IMG/VR virus record: IMGVR_UViG_3300031566_000014
Coordinates: 14,511-78,510 of that record
Source: a virus
Reading direction: 5' to 3' (one strand)
DNA length: 64,000 bases
The number at the start of each line of letters is the position of its first letter. Position 1 is the stretch's first letter. The translations under genes were made by a program, and so were the position numbers. Below are positions 1 to 8,871 of the stretch, in pieces. The notes under the pieces were generated by a model, which was not told where the DNA came from, did no database searches, and saw nothing but the letters and a program-made list of their open reading frames with translations.

Positions 1-128
1 AGAGGGGACCTGGCCGGGCCGGTGGACACACTCGGTCGAGGGCAACGAGAGGGGCGGCGCCGGCCAGGAGCTTGTCGTTTTGCGTCGTCACGGTCACTGG
101 GGAACCCTCGACTCGTGTGTCCAAGAGG

Positions 129-157
129 AGTATACCCCACGCGTTGGCGCTTGTCAA
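129..157 (-). promoter_or_regulatory. sigma70-type promoter, leftward
   Basis: Minus strand TTGACA-17 nt-TATACT. Confidence 0.8.
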
Positions 158-189
158 GGGCCGGAAACAAAATCGGCGCGCCCTTTCTC

Positions 190-432
190 CTACTCGCCGG
201 CCTTGTCGAGGATCGCGCGGGCGGCGTTCACGGCGTCGTACAGCAGGCTCCAATCCTCCATGTGCACCGGTCCGCCCGCATGGTGCTTTGCGTCCACGGT
301 GCGAGCGCAGCGCGCCAACTCCCTCAGTGCCTCCTTGGTCCCCTTGGGGCAGACCTCGGCCTCTCGATAGAGGGGGTAGTGACAGGCTTGGCACTCAAAG
401 CCGGTGGGTTCGCCGCAGATTGGGCATTTCAC
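190..432 (-). CDS. small Zn-finger hypothetical phage protein
   Basis: ORF with CPIC...CQAC; overlaps next gene by 4 nt. Confidence 0.65.
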   Translation of the reverse strand: MKCPICGEPTGFECQACHYPLYREAEVCPKGTKEALRELARCARTVDAKHHAGGPVHMEDWSLLYDAVNAARAILDKAGE

Positions 433-779
433 GGCTTGTCTCCTTTCCCAAGGGCGAGGGCGGCACGGAACACGCCCAGCGCCTCGTCGCGCTGGCGATT
501 GTGCGCCGTTCGCATCTCGTCATCTGGTTCGGCGTAATACCCGTGAAAGGCCCCTAGCTCGTAAAGTCGCTCGGCTCCCTCGCAGGCATCCACAAGGGCG
601 GCGTACGCCTTCCAGCGGCGATCCAACTCCCGGACCAGCGCCTCCAGGTACCGGCACTGAGCGTCCTGCGTCGCGGGGTATGGGTGCGGCGGAATCAAGG
701 GCGCGCAGCGCACGCTGAGCGGTTCACAGTCGGCGTCAAAGGCGAGCGCGTCAGGGGGCCTCGGTATCGCTTCGCTCAT
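429..779 (-). CDS. hypothetical phage protein
   Basis: ORF in tightly packed leftward operon. Confidence 0.65.
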   Translation of the reverse strand: MSEAIPRPPDALAFDADCEPLSVRCAPLIPPHPYPATQDAQCRYLEALVRELDRRWKAYAALVDACEGAERLYELGAFHGYYAEPDDEMRTAHNRQRDEALGVFRAALALGKGDKP

Positions 780-946
780 TGCCTTTCCCTTTCACTTGGC
801 GGCGTAGAGCCACAGGATGAGCGCCAGCGCGGCGAGCGCCAGCGCGACGAGAAGGCGGTCAGTCCAGGTCACGGCTGCGCCCTCCTTAGGCCCCCGGCCG
901 TGGGCGCCGGGGGCTGCCGGCGTGGGGGAGCGCCGGCGGTTGTGTG

Positions 947-1234
947 TCAGTGGCCCGCCATGGCCTCATGGTTCGCCAGGGCGTCGGCGGCGGGGTCGTC
1001 GGCGTCACAGCCGCCGTAGGCGTCCCACAGCTTCACCATGTCGGCCACGGTCGGATCGATCTCGATTGCCGCCTCCCACACATTGGCGTCGTCGCCGTCG
1101 GGCAGCCGTGCAAGGTCGCCATCATCGCCGTCAGTGTCCTTGTCCACGACGATGATCCGCAGGTCCGTGGGCGGTTGCTCCGCCGCGTAGACTCCGCGCA
1201 ACGCGCCGCCCTCGATCTCGATTACCAGGTTCAT
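947..1234 (-). CDS. acidic hypothetical protein
   Basis: Start MNLVIEIEGG after AGGAG; IVVDKDTDG motif common in small phage proteins. Confidence 0.7.
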   Translation of the reverse strand: MNLVIEIEGGALRGVYAAEQPPTDLRIIVVDKDTDGDDGDLARLPDGDDANVWEAAIEIDPTVADMVKLWDAYGGCDADDPAADALANHEAMAGH

Positions 1235-1263
1235 GGTTCTCTCCTTCTGCCCCTTGGGGCGTT

Positions 1264-1626
1264 TCACTCCCCCTCAGCCGCCGCGAGGGCGGGGCGGAGT
1301 ATGGCCTGAATCCTGTCGAGCAACTCGCGCTTGGCCTCAAGCGCAGGGGCTATCTCTCGCGCCCACTTCTTCGGCGGCGGCCCCTGGTACGCGCAAGCCT
1401 TTAGGGCGCTTGGGACGTACATGCAAAGGACGGCCTTGCACGCCGCGAGGAGGGCCGGGGCGGCCGCGATCTGCTGCGCGTTCGCCGCTCGTTCGGTGTC
1501 AACGTGCGTGTCGTGGACCTCGCAGATCACGAGGCCCCCGCTCGCCTCGACGGTACGCCTGCCTGTAGTCCACACATTCACTGTCCACGGTCCCGGTGTC
1601 GCTGTTCCCATCGTCGTATCCCTCAA
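1264..1626 (-). CDS. hypothetical phage protein (TPGPW ... ANAxxIAAAP family)
   Basis: Motifs TPGPW and ANAQQIAAAPALLAAC are typical of phage early proteins. Confidence 0.75.
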   Translation of the reverse strand: MRDTTMGTATPGPWTVNVWTTGRRTVEASGGLVICEVHDTHVDTERAANAQQIAAAPALLAACKAVLCMYVPSALKACAYQGPPPKKWAREIAPALEAKRELLDRIQAILRPALAAAEGE

Positions 1627-1696
1627 AAGGTTCCAGGTCGGTCACAGCGGCCCTCACTCCTTCCCCCCGCAGTGCAGGGGGTCGGGGAGGGTCGTG

Positions 1697-1966
1697 TCAG
1701 GTAGTGTGCAGAAGCCGCCCTGCCATCCGAGCAATCCCCGCCAGTTCGTCGGCGGCCTGCAATTCCATGCAGATGTGGCAGAGAGCGCCGGGCACGAGCC
1801 ACGTCCCGCATTCGGGGCATTCTCGCGCTCCGCCCTCATAGGCGGCCTCCTCCATTTCCCTTTTCAGATCGTCGGACAGATCGCACCCGCCGTCGGATAC
1901 GCTGTCGCTCTGCGTGTTGAGCGCCCACAGCACAGCCCCCAAGATGCGTTCATTCGTCGCGGTCAT
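1697..1966 (-). CDS. hypothetical Zn-ribbon protein
   Basis: CPECG...CHIC. Confidence 0.6.
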   Translation of the reverse strand: MTATNERILGAVLWALNTQSDSVSDGGCDLSDDLKREMEEAAYEGGARECPECGTWLVPGALCHICMELQAADELAGIARMAGRLLHTT

Positions 1967-2061
1967 CGTCCAATCCCCCAAAAGTGCCCCAGGTCAGAGC
2001 CGCCGCGCGGCCCGCTCGCCGTGGCCCCGCCCCTCAGGGGCCACGAGCGGCCGGGCAGGGG

Positions 2062-2271
2062 CTAGTCCTTGCGGCACAGGGGGCAGGTCGCCTGCCGCGC
2101 TTCGCCGGAGTGCTCGTACCGCTCCTTGGAGTCGGCAGAACCGAGGTAGTGGTCAATGGCCTCGTGGACCTCGGCGAGGTTGCATGCCTTTGTCGAGAAG
2201 CCGCGGCAGCCGCTGCCCGGGTCCGAGAAAGCCACCTTGTAGCCGTTGCCGGCGCGCGTGATTCGGATCAT
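2062..2271 (-). CDS. hypothetical protein
   Basis: ORF with AGGAG RBS. Confidence 0.6.
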   Translation of the reverse strand: MIRITRAGNGYKVAFSDPGSGCRGFSTKACNLAEVHEAIDHYLGSADSKERYEHSGEARQATCPLCRKD

Positions 2272-2314
2272 CGTTGTCTCTCCTGTCTGGCGGAATGCGC
2301 CGCCGCGCTCGGTG

Positions 2315-2557
2315 TCATGCCCTATGTCTCAGCGCCCAGGCGTTCTCGATGCACGGATCGGGCCGCGGCAGGCTGGTGGGCGGGAGTTCGCTGCCGTGCC
2401 CCTGCCCGATCCGCCGCCGCCCGTCCAGGGTGAACAGTATCCAGGCGCGCCCGTTGCCATTCGCTTGCACGTAGCGCCGCGCCCGGCGCAAGCTGCGTAG
2501 CGGCAGGCGGCCACCGTCCTCGAAGCGAAGCTCGTAGCGGTATACCACCATCGTCAA
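2315..2557 (-). CDS. hypothetical protein
   Basis: ORF between repeated intergenic motifs. Confidence 0.5.
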   Translation of the reverse strand: MTMVVYRYELRFEDGGRLPLRSLRRARRYVQANGNGRAWILFTLDGRRRIGQGHGSELPPTSLPRPDPCIENAWALRHRA

Positions 2558-2594
2558 CCCCCTGTCTGGCGGGAAGCGCCGCCGCGCGTAGAGG

Positions 2595-2777
2595 TCAGGC
2601 TTTTTCTTCTTCTTCCGCCTCAGAGAGGCATTCTTGAATCGCCCAGGCCCGTTCGTCGAGTTCCGCGAGTTCCTCCGTCATGCCCTCGTAAGTGTTGCCC
2701 TGCCTGACGAGGGTTTGCAGTTGCGCCAGTGCCTCAATGGTTGAGCACACGTACTCTGCCGCGGTTGCCATGCTCAA
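2595..2777 (-). CDS. small acidic hypothetical protein
   Basis: ORF with AGGAGG RBS. Confidence 0.6.
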   Translation of the reverse strand: MSMATAAEYVCSTIEALAQLQTLVRQGNTYEGMTEELAELDERAWAIQECLSEAEEEEKA

Positions 2778-3181
2778 TCCTCCTGTGTCACGAGTAGCCG
2801 CTGCGCGGGCGGGGGCTCGACAAAGAGCCGCCCTTGCTCCCGCGCAGCGCGATCGGTCCAGCCCCGGCGCGCGGGGCGGTCCTTAGGCCAGTTGCATTGG
2901 AACATTCGCCCCAAGTCGTCTCGAGGGGCCACTTGGCAAGGCGCGGCCAGCGGCTTTGTCTCGTCGGCCCTTCGGTGCCAGGCGCACGGCGAATCATCGA
3001 AGTCCCGCGAGTAGCCCGCGAACGGCGATCCGATATGCCGGCACTGGCCGCTGCCGCGCTCCGGCTTGCGGGCCTTCAGGTGCCGGCAATCTCCGCACGT
3101 CCGGTCCGTCGGGGCAGGATCGTGCCGCTCCAGGCTCCACAGAGCGGCCCCAGTGCGTCGGCGGGCGGGCGATAGGGTCAT
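2774..3181 (-). CDS. Cys-rich hypothetical protein
   Basis: TCGDCRH...C...C pattern. Confidence 0.55.
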   Translation of the reverse strand: MTLSPARRRTGAALWSLERHDPAPTDRTCGDCRHLKARKPERGSGQCRHIGSPFAGYSRDFDDSPCAWHRRADETKPLAAPCQVAPRDDLGRMFQCNWPKDRPARRGWTDRAAREQGRLFVEPPPAQRLLVTQED

Positions 3182-3184
3182 GGC

Positions 3185-3391
3185 TCATTCCCCCTCATTC
3201 AGTTCCACAGGATAGGCGTCCGCGTAGTCTCGCGGGCGCCCGACGCGCTCTGCCTCATCCAAGGCACGCCGAACCGATGCGGCCATGTCCACGGCGGCGG
3301 CGGCCGTCTGCGCCCGTGCGATCAGTAACTCGCGGCCGGACCAGAGCCGGCACACTACGCCATGGCTGAAACGCTTGCGCTGCATGCTCAA
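3185..3391 (-). CDS. hypothetical protein
   Basis: ORF coupled to the AAA gene. Confidence 0.55.
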   Translation of the reverse strand: MSMQRKRFSHGVVCRLWSGRELLIARAQTAAAAVDMAASVRRALDEAERVGRPRDYADAYPVELNEGE

Positions 3392-4083
3392 TCCCCTTCG
3401 CTCATGGCCTCTTGATAGGCCAGCACGATTGCCAAGCCGATGTTCGTTTCCGCCTTGCGCACGATCCCTTGATAGTACTCTAGCGGCCGGCCGTCAAGCC
3501 CTTCCTCAGTGAGCACGGCGCGGACCAGCTCGGCGGCCGGGCCGGGCACGCGCTCCCCGCCAACCGTGCGCGTCTGCAAGCCATCCTTGCCGAACTTGAT
3601 CGCGGTGACTCTCCTGTGAAACGCGATCCCGTGGGCGCCGGGCAGCAAGCTCCCCGGCTCCAGGTTGCTCGTCATCACGACGATACAGCGCTTCGGCAAG
3701 CGCTCTAGCCACGTCAACAGCCGCCCGATAGCCGCGGCGCTTCCCGTGTCCACTTCCTCGATGATGTACGCCCGCGTCCCATACAGGCTGGTATAGCCCG
3801 ACTCCGCAATGATGGAGTCGATGCGGCCCACGTCAAGCGCCCCGCTTGACACCTCATCGACCTGCGCTTCGCACGCGCCCGCTTCGCGCGCCGCCAGCGC
3901 CGCGCAGAGCGACTTCCCCGTTCCCGACTCCCCCCATAGCAGGATAGCATCAGACTCACCGGTCCGCGCCACGTTCTGCGCGAGCCGCCGCACGAGTCTG
4001 ACTGACTTCTCATTCCCCACGACTCCCTGCCAGCGCGGGCCGGCCAGTATCCGTTGACGGTGACGGTCCAGTACGACGGCCAT
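3388..4083 (-). CDS. AAA+ ATPase, clamp-loader/RarA-like N-terminal module
   Basis: PRWQGVVGN, Walker A GESGTGKS, Walker B YIIEEVD, sensor-1 VMTSN. Confidence 0.8.
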   Translation of the reverse strand: MAVVLDRHRQRILAGPRWQGVVGNEKSVRLVRRLAQNVARTGESDAILLWGESGTGKSLCAALAAREAGACEAQVDEVSSGALDVGRIDSIIAESGYTSLYGTRAYIIEEVDTGSAAAIGRLLTWLERLPKRCIVVMTSNLEPGSLLPGAHGIAFHRRVTAIKFGKDGLQTRTVGGERVPGPAAELVRAVLTEEGLDGRPLEYYQGIVRKAETNIGLAIVLAYQEAMSEGD

Positions 4084-4169
4084 GTCGAGTCCCCCAAAGT
4101 TTCCGCTCCCCTATGAGGCCCGCCGGGGCATTGCACCCCGTAGCCGGCTCCGCCGGCGGGCCGAAGGCG

Positions 4170-4415
4170 CTAGGCCAAGCGCCCGTTCTGCCACCAGCCG
4201 TACCATTCAAAGCCGACGGACGCCACCGAGCACCAGCGCGGCGCTACGATCTCGCCGCTGGGCAGGGACACGAGGGAAAGCCGAAGGGAGGTGCCGTAGG
4301 GGTGATGCGAGTCGACGGCCAGCACCTTTACCCGAGCGCCTAGCGGCACGAAGATGTTGTTGACTACGTAGGCGGCAGCTTGCACGGTCGCAACGGTTCC
4401 GGGGGTTACGTCCAT
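4170..4415 (-). CDS. hypothetical protein
   Basis: ORF with AGGAG and GACAATG start context. Confidence 0.6.
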   Translation of the reverse strand: MDVTPGTVATVQAAAYVVNNIFVPLGARVKVLAVDSHHPYGTSLRLSLVSLPSGEIVAPRWCSVASVGFEWYGWWQNGRLA

Positions 4416-4463
4416 TGTCTTTGCTCCTATTGGCCGGGCCGCGGGCGCCCGGCGGTGAGGGTG

Positions 4464-4757
4464 TCAAGCTACGTGCGCCCCGCCGATCTGATTGTGCTTC
4501 GGCGAGCACCACATCCGCGTCGTGCCGTGATCAACGTCCATGAGATAGACGCGCTGCGCCCCGTTCGCATGGCGCCACTTGATCCCGCCCGCGAGCACTT
4601 CGGCCACTGTGAAGCGCTGCACCACGTTGCCGAAGTTGTTGCACCGCACGGCACCCGCGCACGTCCACTGCCCGGACGGGGCCACACCCGGGCGGGAGAT
4701 CATCCCATTGTCGTGGATTGTGAAGTAGTTTGAGCCGCTAAGGATCGTGATCGCCAT
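4464..4757 (-). CDS. hypothetical protein
   Basis: ORF with GGAG and GACAATG start; C-terminal DVDHGTTRMW. Confidence 0.7.
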   Translation of the reverse strand: MAITILSGSNYFTIHDNGMISRPGVAPSGQWTCAGAVRCNNFGNVVQRFTVAEVLAGGIKWRHANGAQRVYLMDVDHGTTRMWCSPKHNQIGGAHVA

Positions 4758-4807
4758 TGTCTGATTCTCCAGATTGCCGGGGCCACGTGGCCCCGGCGGG
4801 TTGCGGG

Positions 4808-5056
4808 TCAGACCTCGATATCGGTGTCTTCGGCTACGTCGCGCTCCGTCAAGCCGCGCTCGATAGCCGTGCAGATCGCGGTTTCCCGCGCATACCGCGC
4901 CAAGGTTGCCTTGCCGAGCGTACCCGCCGTGCCCGGCTCAAGCCGCGCCGTCGAATCGTGTTGCGAGTTGCCGGCCTCAATCTCCTCGATGATCTGTCCC
5001 GCGTCAATCACCTCGACGCGGTAGCCGTAGCCGCTGGAGTTGTAAAGGACGTGCAT
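4808..5056 (-). CDS. hypothetical protein
   Basis: Start MHVLYNSS after AGGAG. Confidence 0.65.
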   Translation of the reverse strand: MHVLYNSSGYGYRVEVIDAGQIIEEIEAGNSQHDSTARLEPGTAGTLGKATLARYARETAICTAIERGLTERDVAEDTDIEV

Positions 5057-5108
5057 TGTCTTTTCTCCTGTAAGGCCGGGCCGCGGGCGCCCCGGCCGGG
5101 GAAGGGGA

Positions 5109-5324
5109 TCAGAGCTCGTCATTCTCCGCGAGCGCCGCGTCAACGTCGAACTCCCCGCGCTTCTCGTAAGCGTAGTCGTCGGCGCGGGGCTTGCGCCGCA
5201 TCGCATCGGGCCGGCAGTAGGAGCACAGAGCGCCCCAGCGCCACCCGTCGTCGGGCGCCCACCAGGCACGGTCGGGGTATCTCACGTCAGACTCGGTATC
5301 GCCGCAGATCGCACAGTAAGCCAT
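5109..5324 (-). CDS. small Zn-binding hypothetical protein
   Basis: CAICG...CSYC; AGGAG RBS. Confidence 0.65.
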   Translation of the reverse strand: MAYCAICGDTESDVRYPDRAWWAPDDGWRWGALCSYCRPDAMRRKPRADDYAYEKRGEFDVDAALAENDEL

Positions 5325-5369
5325 TGTCGTTTCTCCTATCAAGGCCGGGGAGGCCCGGCGGGTGGGGGA

Positions 5370-5867
5370 TCAAACCTTGCACGCCGCGAGCCGGCAATAG
5401 TCGCCCGCGCTCTTGTAGTACGTGCCGTGGTAGCGCCGGCCATTGCTCCCGCGCACTGACACCGGCACGCGGGTTCCGCCGAAGTTGTCGCGCCACTCGC
5501 GCCCGAATGATACCGCGCCGAGCACATCGCCCATCCAAGTCGTGATCTGGCCGGTCGACTCCTTGACATAGGCGAAGTATCGCACCGGCGGGTCAACGAG
5601 CCATTCGTATAACTCCATCTCTGAGCGCTCCTCATTCGTGATCTGCGCGTCTGCCGGCCACTGCGCGATCTCCGCGCTGGCAACGGCGCAGCGCCCCGCC
5701 CACATGGCCTCATGCCGAGCCGAGCGGGCCTTGCACTCCCTGTACTCTTCTGCCGTCAACATGTCCAGACTCCTACATGGGCCGGCCCCGGCGGGGGCCT
5801 TGAAGGAGTCAAGGTAGGCTCCTAATCCCGCGCGGGGCCGGCGACCACGATTGTCAGTTTTGGGCAT
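5370..5867 (-). CDS. hypothetical phage protein, first gene of leftward cluster
   Basis: GAAGGAG RBS before ATG 5867; ITTWMGDVLG...NGRRYHG...GDYCRL. Confidence 0.75.
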   Translation of the reverse strand: MPKTDNRGRRPRAGLGAYLDSFKAPAGAGPCRSLDMLTAEEYRECKARSARHEAMWAGRCAVASAEIAQWPADAQITNEERSEMELYEWLVDPPVRYFAYVKESTGQITTWMGDVLGAVSFGREWRDNFGGTRVPVSVRGSNGRRYHGTYYKSAGDYCRLAACKV

Positions 5868-5898
5868 TTCAGACTCCTTCAAGGCTACCTGTAGCACA

Positions 5899-5915
5899 AG
5901 CAATCCTCATGCCAA
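5899..5915 (-). promoter_or_regulatory. sigma54 (-24/-12) promoter for leftward early cluster
   Basis: Minus strand TTGGCATGAGGATTGCT closely matches YTGGCACGNNNNTTGCW, about 30 nt upstream of ATG 5867. Confidence 0.65.
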
Positions 5916-6499
5916 ACTGCATCACGCAAGCAAGTATCAACGCAAGCCCTTGACAGCGCAGAGCATACGGCGATACCAGCCAATTGTAACACGACCCGCG
6001 AGTCTGAACCCAACTTCACACTTTCCGGGGCATTCCGCCGCGCCAGCAACGCAAACATAACCCACCACACGACTTAGCACACCTGCACGATAGCACACAA
6101 GTCGGAATACAAGTGCAGACTCCAAAAGGTGAACGCACCGCTACACTGTCTGAACCTGACTTCCGACTGTGCGATATCACACAGCCCAGTGGGGGAAAGG
6201 GGGTAAGGGGGTATAGGGGTCTTCCGGAGAGACTCCATGAAACCCGAGACTCTAAGACAGAGAGAGTAGATACCAGTAAGGGGATGAGTCCCAGATAGAG
6301 GGCATGGTAAGTCAACGGGCGCTCCCTCGCCCCTACCCCCGCCATGGGTCAAGGGGGTGCGCCAGGTGTGCGCAGTGGCCGCGCGGGGCTTGCGCCGTGT
6401 CCAGTGGGCGGATAGCTCGAGGGGCCGTCGAGGGCGTCGCGCCAGGCAGGCGCATTCCCCGACGCGCCCGACGAGCCGATGCCGCTATTCCCTGACCGT

Positions 6500-6600
6500 T
6501 GAATATAATAGTGAGATCGGGCGCTACCCGCATCGCCATAAGTCTAGCAGTAGCAAGGCGCTGCGCCCGTGGCTATACCATATAACTACTATTATATTCA
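6500..6600. repeat. 13-bp perfect AT-rich inverted repeat
   Basis: TGAATATAATAGT at 6500-6512, reverse complement at 6588-6600. Confidence 0.8.
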
Positions 6601-6823
6601 GGGCCGTGGGCGCTGGCCTCGCGCGAGGGTCGCGCACCCCCTGCGCACCAGCCGCGCACGATCTGCGCAGATTCCTCGATCATGCCCCTTGACAAACAGT
6701 GGGCGCGCGGGTACAGACTCATAGCTTGCGCTTGGGGTGCAGAAGGGGCCGGGGGCGTTAGGAAAAAAGGGGAAACCCCGCGCGATGCTACGTTATACGG
6801 GTCTGGTGCGGGGGTCTGGTTCC

Positions 6824-7153
6824 CTAAGTCGTATTCGGGTCATGCTTTGCGGGGGATGGATTGGAATAGGTGATTGGTTGTTTTGGTTCGTCTGGTGAGA
6901 TGAGGTCGGCGAGTGACCTTAGCCCTTCGACAACGGCTTCACGTTCTGTTTCGACCCATCCTATGTCGTATGGTGCCAGTTCGGAAGGTGAATTGGGCTT
7001 ATTATCGAGGCAGGTCATCCATATCCACGGGAGTTTTCCTGGTACCGCGTTTTCTCTGACGAACCATGCGAGTCGAGCATCAGCGACAATGATTCCCCTG
7101 ACGCAGGTGGCCTGATCGGGGACTTCGGTATCGTATCGGCAGTTGGTGCACAT
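6824..7153 (-). CDS. hypothetical protein
   Basis: ORF track; last gene of the 7-10 kb leftward operon. Confidence 0.45.
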   Translation of the reverse strand: MCTNCRYDTEVPDQATCVRGIIVADARLAWFVRENAVPGKLPWIWMTCLDNKPNSPSELAPYDIGWVETEREAVVEGLRSLADLISPDEPKQPITYSNPSPAKHDPNTT

Positions 7154-7222
7154 GGGAGGGGTTGTCCTAAGGGTTGGGTGTGGAGCGGGGGTTGTATCCC
7201 TGGGTGAGGTGCGGGTTGGGGC

Positions 7223-7450
7223 TCACGGGACATCTCCGATCTGTGCGCGGATTCGCTTGCCCTCGACTTGGCTGGGGAAGTCGATAGCAATCCTCCTGCA
7301 CTCGTGCTTGGCGTGGTCGATAGCGGCGTAGAGGGCAGGGAGGTTGGATGCGTAGAACCTCAGTGCGACTGATGGGTCGTTGACATCAGAGAGTTCGATC
7401 CAGATGGGGGAAGGGCATCCGATGGTGACGTTGAAGGGTCCGAATGTCAT
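7223..7450 (-). CDS. hypothetical protein
   Basis: Coupled ORF starting MTFGPF. Confidence 0.5.
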   Translation of the reverse strand: MTFGPFNVTIGCPSPIWIELSDVNDPSVALRFYASNLPALYAAIDHAKHECRRIAIDFPSQVEGKRIRAQIGDVP

Positions 7451-7707
7451 GGTTTGGCCTCGAAGCGGTTGCATGTGAAGGCGAACTGGCCTGGCATGCA
7501 GATGGGGAGTGCTGGGACAGCGCGTTGGATTTCATCGGGGTCTCGCCAGGGGTAGAGGGTTCGCGGGCAGCAGTTGCATCCGCGCCAGCGGCAGTCCCCG
7601 CAGGTTGCGGTCTTGACTGCGTTTCTGCGGGTGAGCCACCCGGCCAACAGGACATATCCGACAGTGCTCATGCAGCCGAACAGGAAGCCCCATGATGCCG
7701 CGTTCAT
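7447..7707 (-). CDS. membrane-anchored Cys-rich protein
   Basis: N-terminal hydrophobic segment, TCGDCRW. Confidence 0.55.
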   Translation of the reverse strand: MNAASWGFLFGCMSTVGYVLLAGWLTRRNAVKTATCGDCRWRGCNCCPRTLYPWRDPDEIQRAVPALPICMPGQFAFTCNRFEAKP

Positions 7708-7748
7708 TGTGGCTAGTCCTTACTGTCCCTTCGGGGGCTTGAAGTCGC

Positions 7749-8036
7749 TCACGGGGTTCTCCTTCCAAGCTCTTGGGGCGGGAGCAGCTGTGCGCCGGGT
7801 CGGTGGCCGTGCAGGGTGCCGTCGGTGGCTGCCCAGTTATCGAGGCCGAGTCGGATGGTGACGTTCATGAGGGCGCATGCGACAGCGGCTCGTTGGCATG
7901 GGGTTCCGTGCGGATCGGTGGCGTGGAGGATTTGGTCGAAGGTCACTGGGCCTGCCGGCGTGAGGAACACGGTCTCGTCGTGTGCGGCGAGCTTCTGCTC
8001 CTTGATCATCTTGGCGAGGGGGTCGAGCGGGTTCAC
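7749..8036 (-). CDS. hypothetical protein
   Basis: GTG start after GGAG, 4-nt overlap. Confidence 0.5.
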   Translation of the reverse strand: MNPLDPLAKMIKEQKLAAHDETVFLTPAGPVTFDQILHATDPHGTPCQRAAVACALMNVTIRLGLDNWAATDGTLHGHRPGAQLLPPQELGRRTP

Positions 8037-8365
8037 TGCGGGGTCTCCCCTGGGTTCATCAGCGGCATTGTCGTGCCGCATTTGTTGCACACGGGCACGT
8101 CCCCGCCATTCGGGGCTGTGCGGAAGATGCTGAAGCTCTCGTGTCTTTCGCCGCAATCGCCGCAGGGGGGCCATTCGGGATGTTCGAGAGCCCTTCGCTT
8201 CTCAGCGAGCTTCGGATGCTGCCAGCACCAGTCGTCGGCCCCCATGGATACCTGGACGGGCATCAGGCGGCATTTCCTATAACCGGGCGGGAGAAGTCCA
8301 CCATCGAGGCTTTCGCAGAGGAACGGGCAGGTGGCGCAGGTGGCGCCAGGGACGGGCGGGTTCAC
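8033..8365 (-). CDS. Cys-rich hypothetical protein
   Basis: TCATCPF, DDWCWQH, CGDCG, CNKCG. Confidence 0.6.
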   Translation of the reverse strand: MNPPVPGATCATCPFLCESLDGGLLPPGYRKCRLMPVQVSMGADDWCWQHPKLAEKRRALEHPEWPPCGDCGERHESFSIFRTAPNGGDVPVCNKCGTTMPLMNPGETPQ

Positions 8366-8871
8366 TTGGGCTTCTCCTTCCCTTCGCGGGCCTTGAGCCA
8401 GCGTTCGGCGGCCTCGGCGAGCGAACGTTCCGCAGCGTCGAACCGGCGCCTCGCAATCCGCATTACCGGCCGCGGCGGGTTGGCGTCGTAGAGCTCGATC
8501 CATTCCCTTGCCCACTCCTTCAATGCCTCGGCGAGTTCGTCGTCGAGGGGGTCGGGCGCTGTCTGGATGGCCAAGCGTCGCGCGACGGACTTGCTGGGTG
8601 CGATGGGCGTTTCGGGGCGCTTGCACGGCCCGAGCCAGACGCCGCCCATCGAGGCGACGGTGCGGGCGGTCATGGTGATGTTCTTGGTCCAGCAGATGTA
8701 GCGCAGCGTCAGGGGGCGGTCACGGCTGTCGGGATCTGGCCCTGGGAGCATAGGAAACCATTCCTCTGGCGGATCGCCACCCATGTATTGGCCTACATAG
8801 ATGGGGAAGCGTTCGCGGCTGTCGGGCGACGGTGCCCACCACCACCATCCTGGCGCGGTCGGCAGTTTCAT
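8362..8871 (-). CDS. hypothetical protein (PTAPGWWW motif)
   Basis: LPTAPGWWWW...WLGP is typical of phage early proteins. Confidence 0.65.
   Translation of the reverse strand: MKLPTAPGWWWWAPSPDSRERFPIYVGQYMGGDPPEEWFPMLPGPDPDSRDRPLTLRYICWTKNITMTARTVASMGGVWLGPCKRPETPIAPSKSVARRLAIQTAPDPLDDELAEALKEWAREWIELYDANPPRPVMRIARRRFDAAERSLAEAAERWLKAREGKEKPK

Larger units (their letters stand above)
4432..5368 (-). repeat. four copies of an intergenic hairpin + RBS + GACAATG start module
   Basis: GCCGGG..CCCGGC stems at ~4432, ~4776, ~5074 and ~5343, each followed by (A)GGAG and GACAATG. Confidence 0.75.

Noticed and set aside
6016-6352. Replication-initiator gene fragment (TPIPPYPLSP)
   Set aside because: The motif is only the translation of G-runs; no RBS, no flanking domains and a short ORF.
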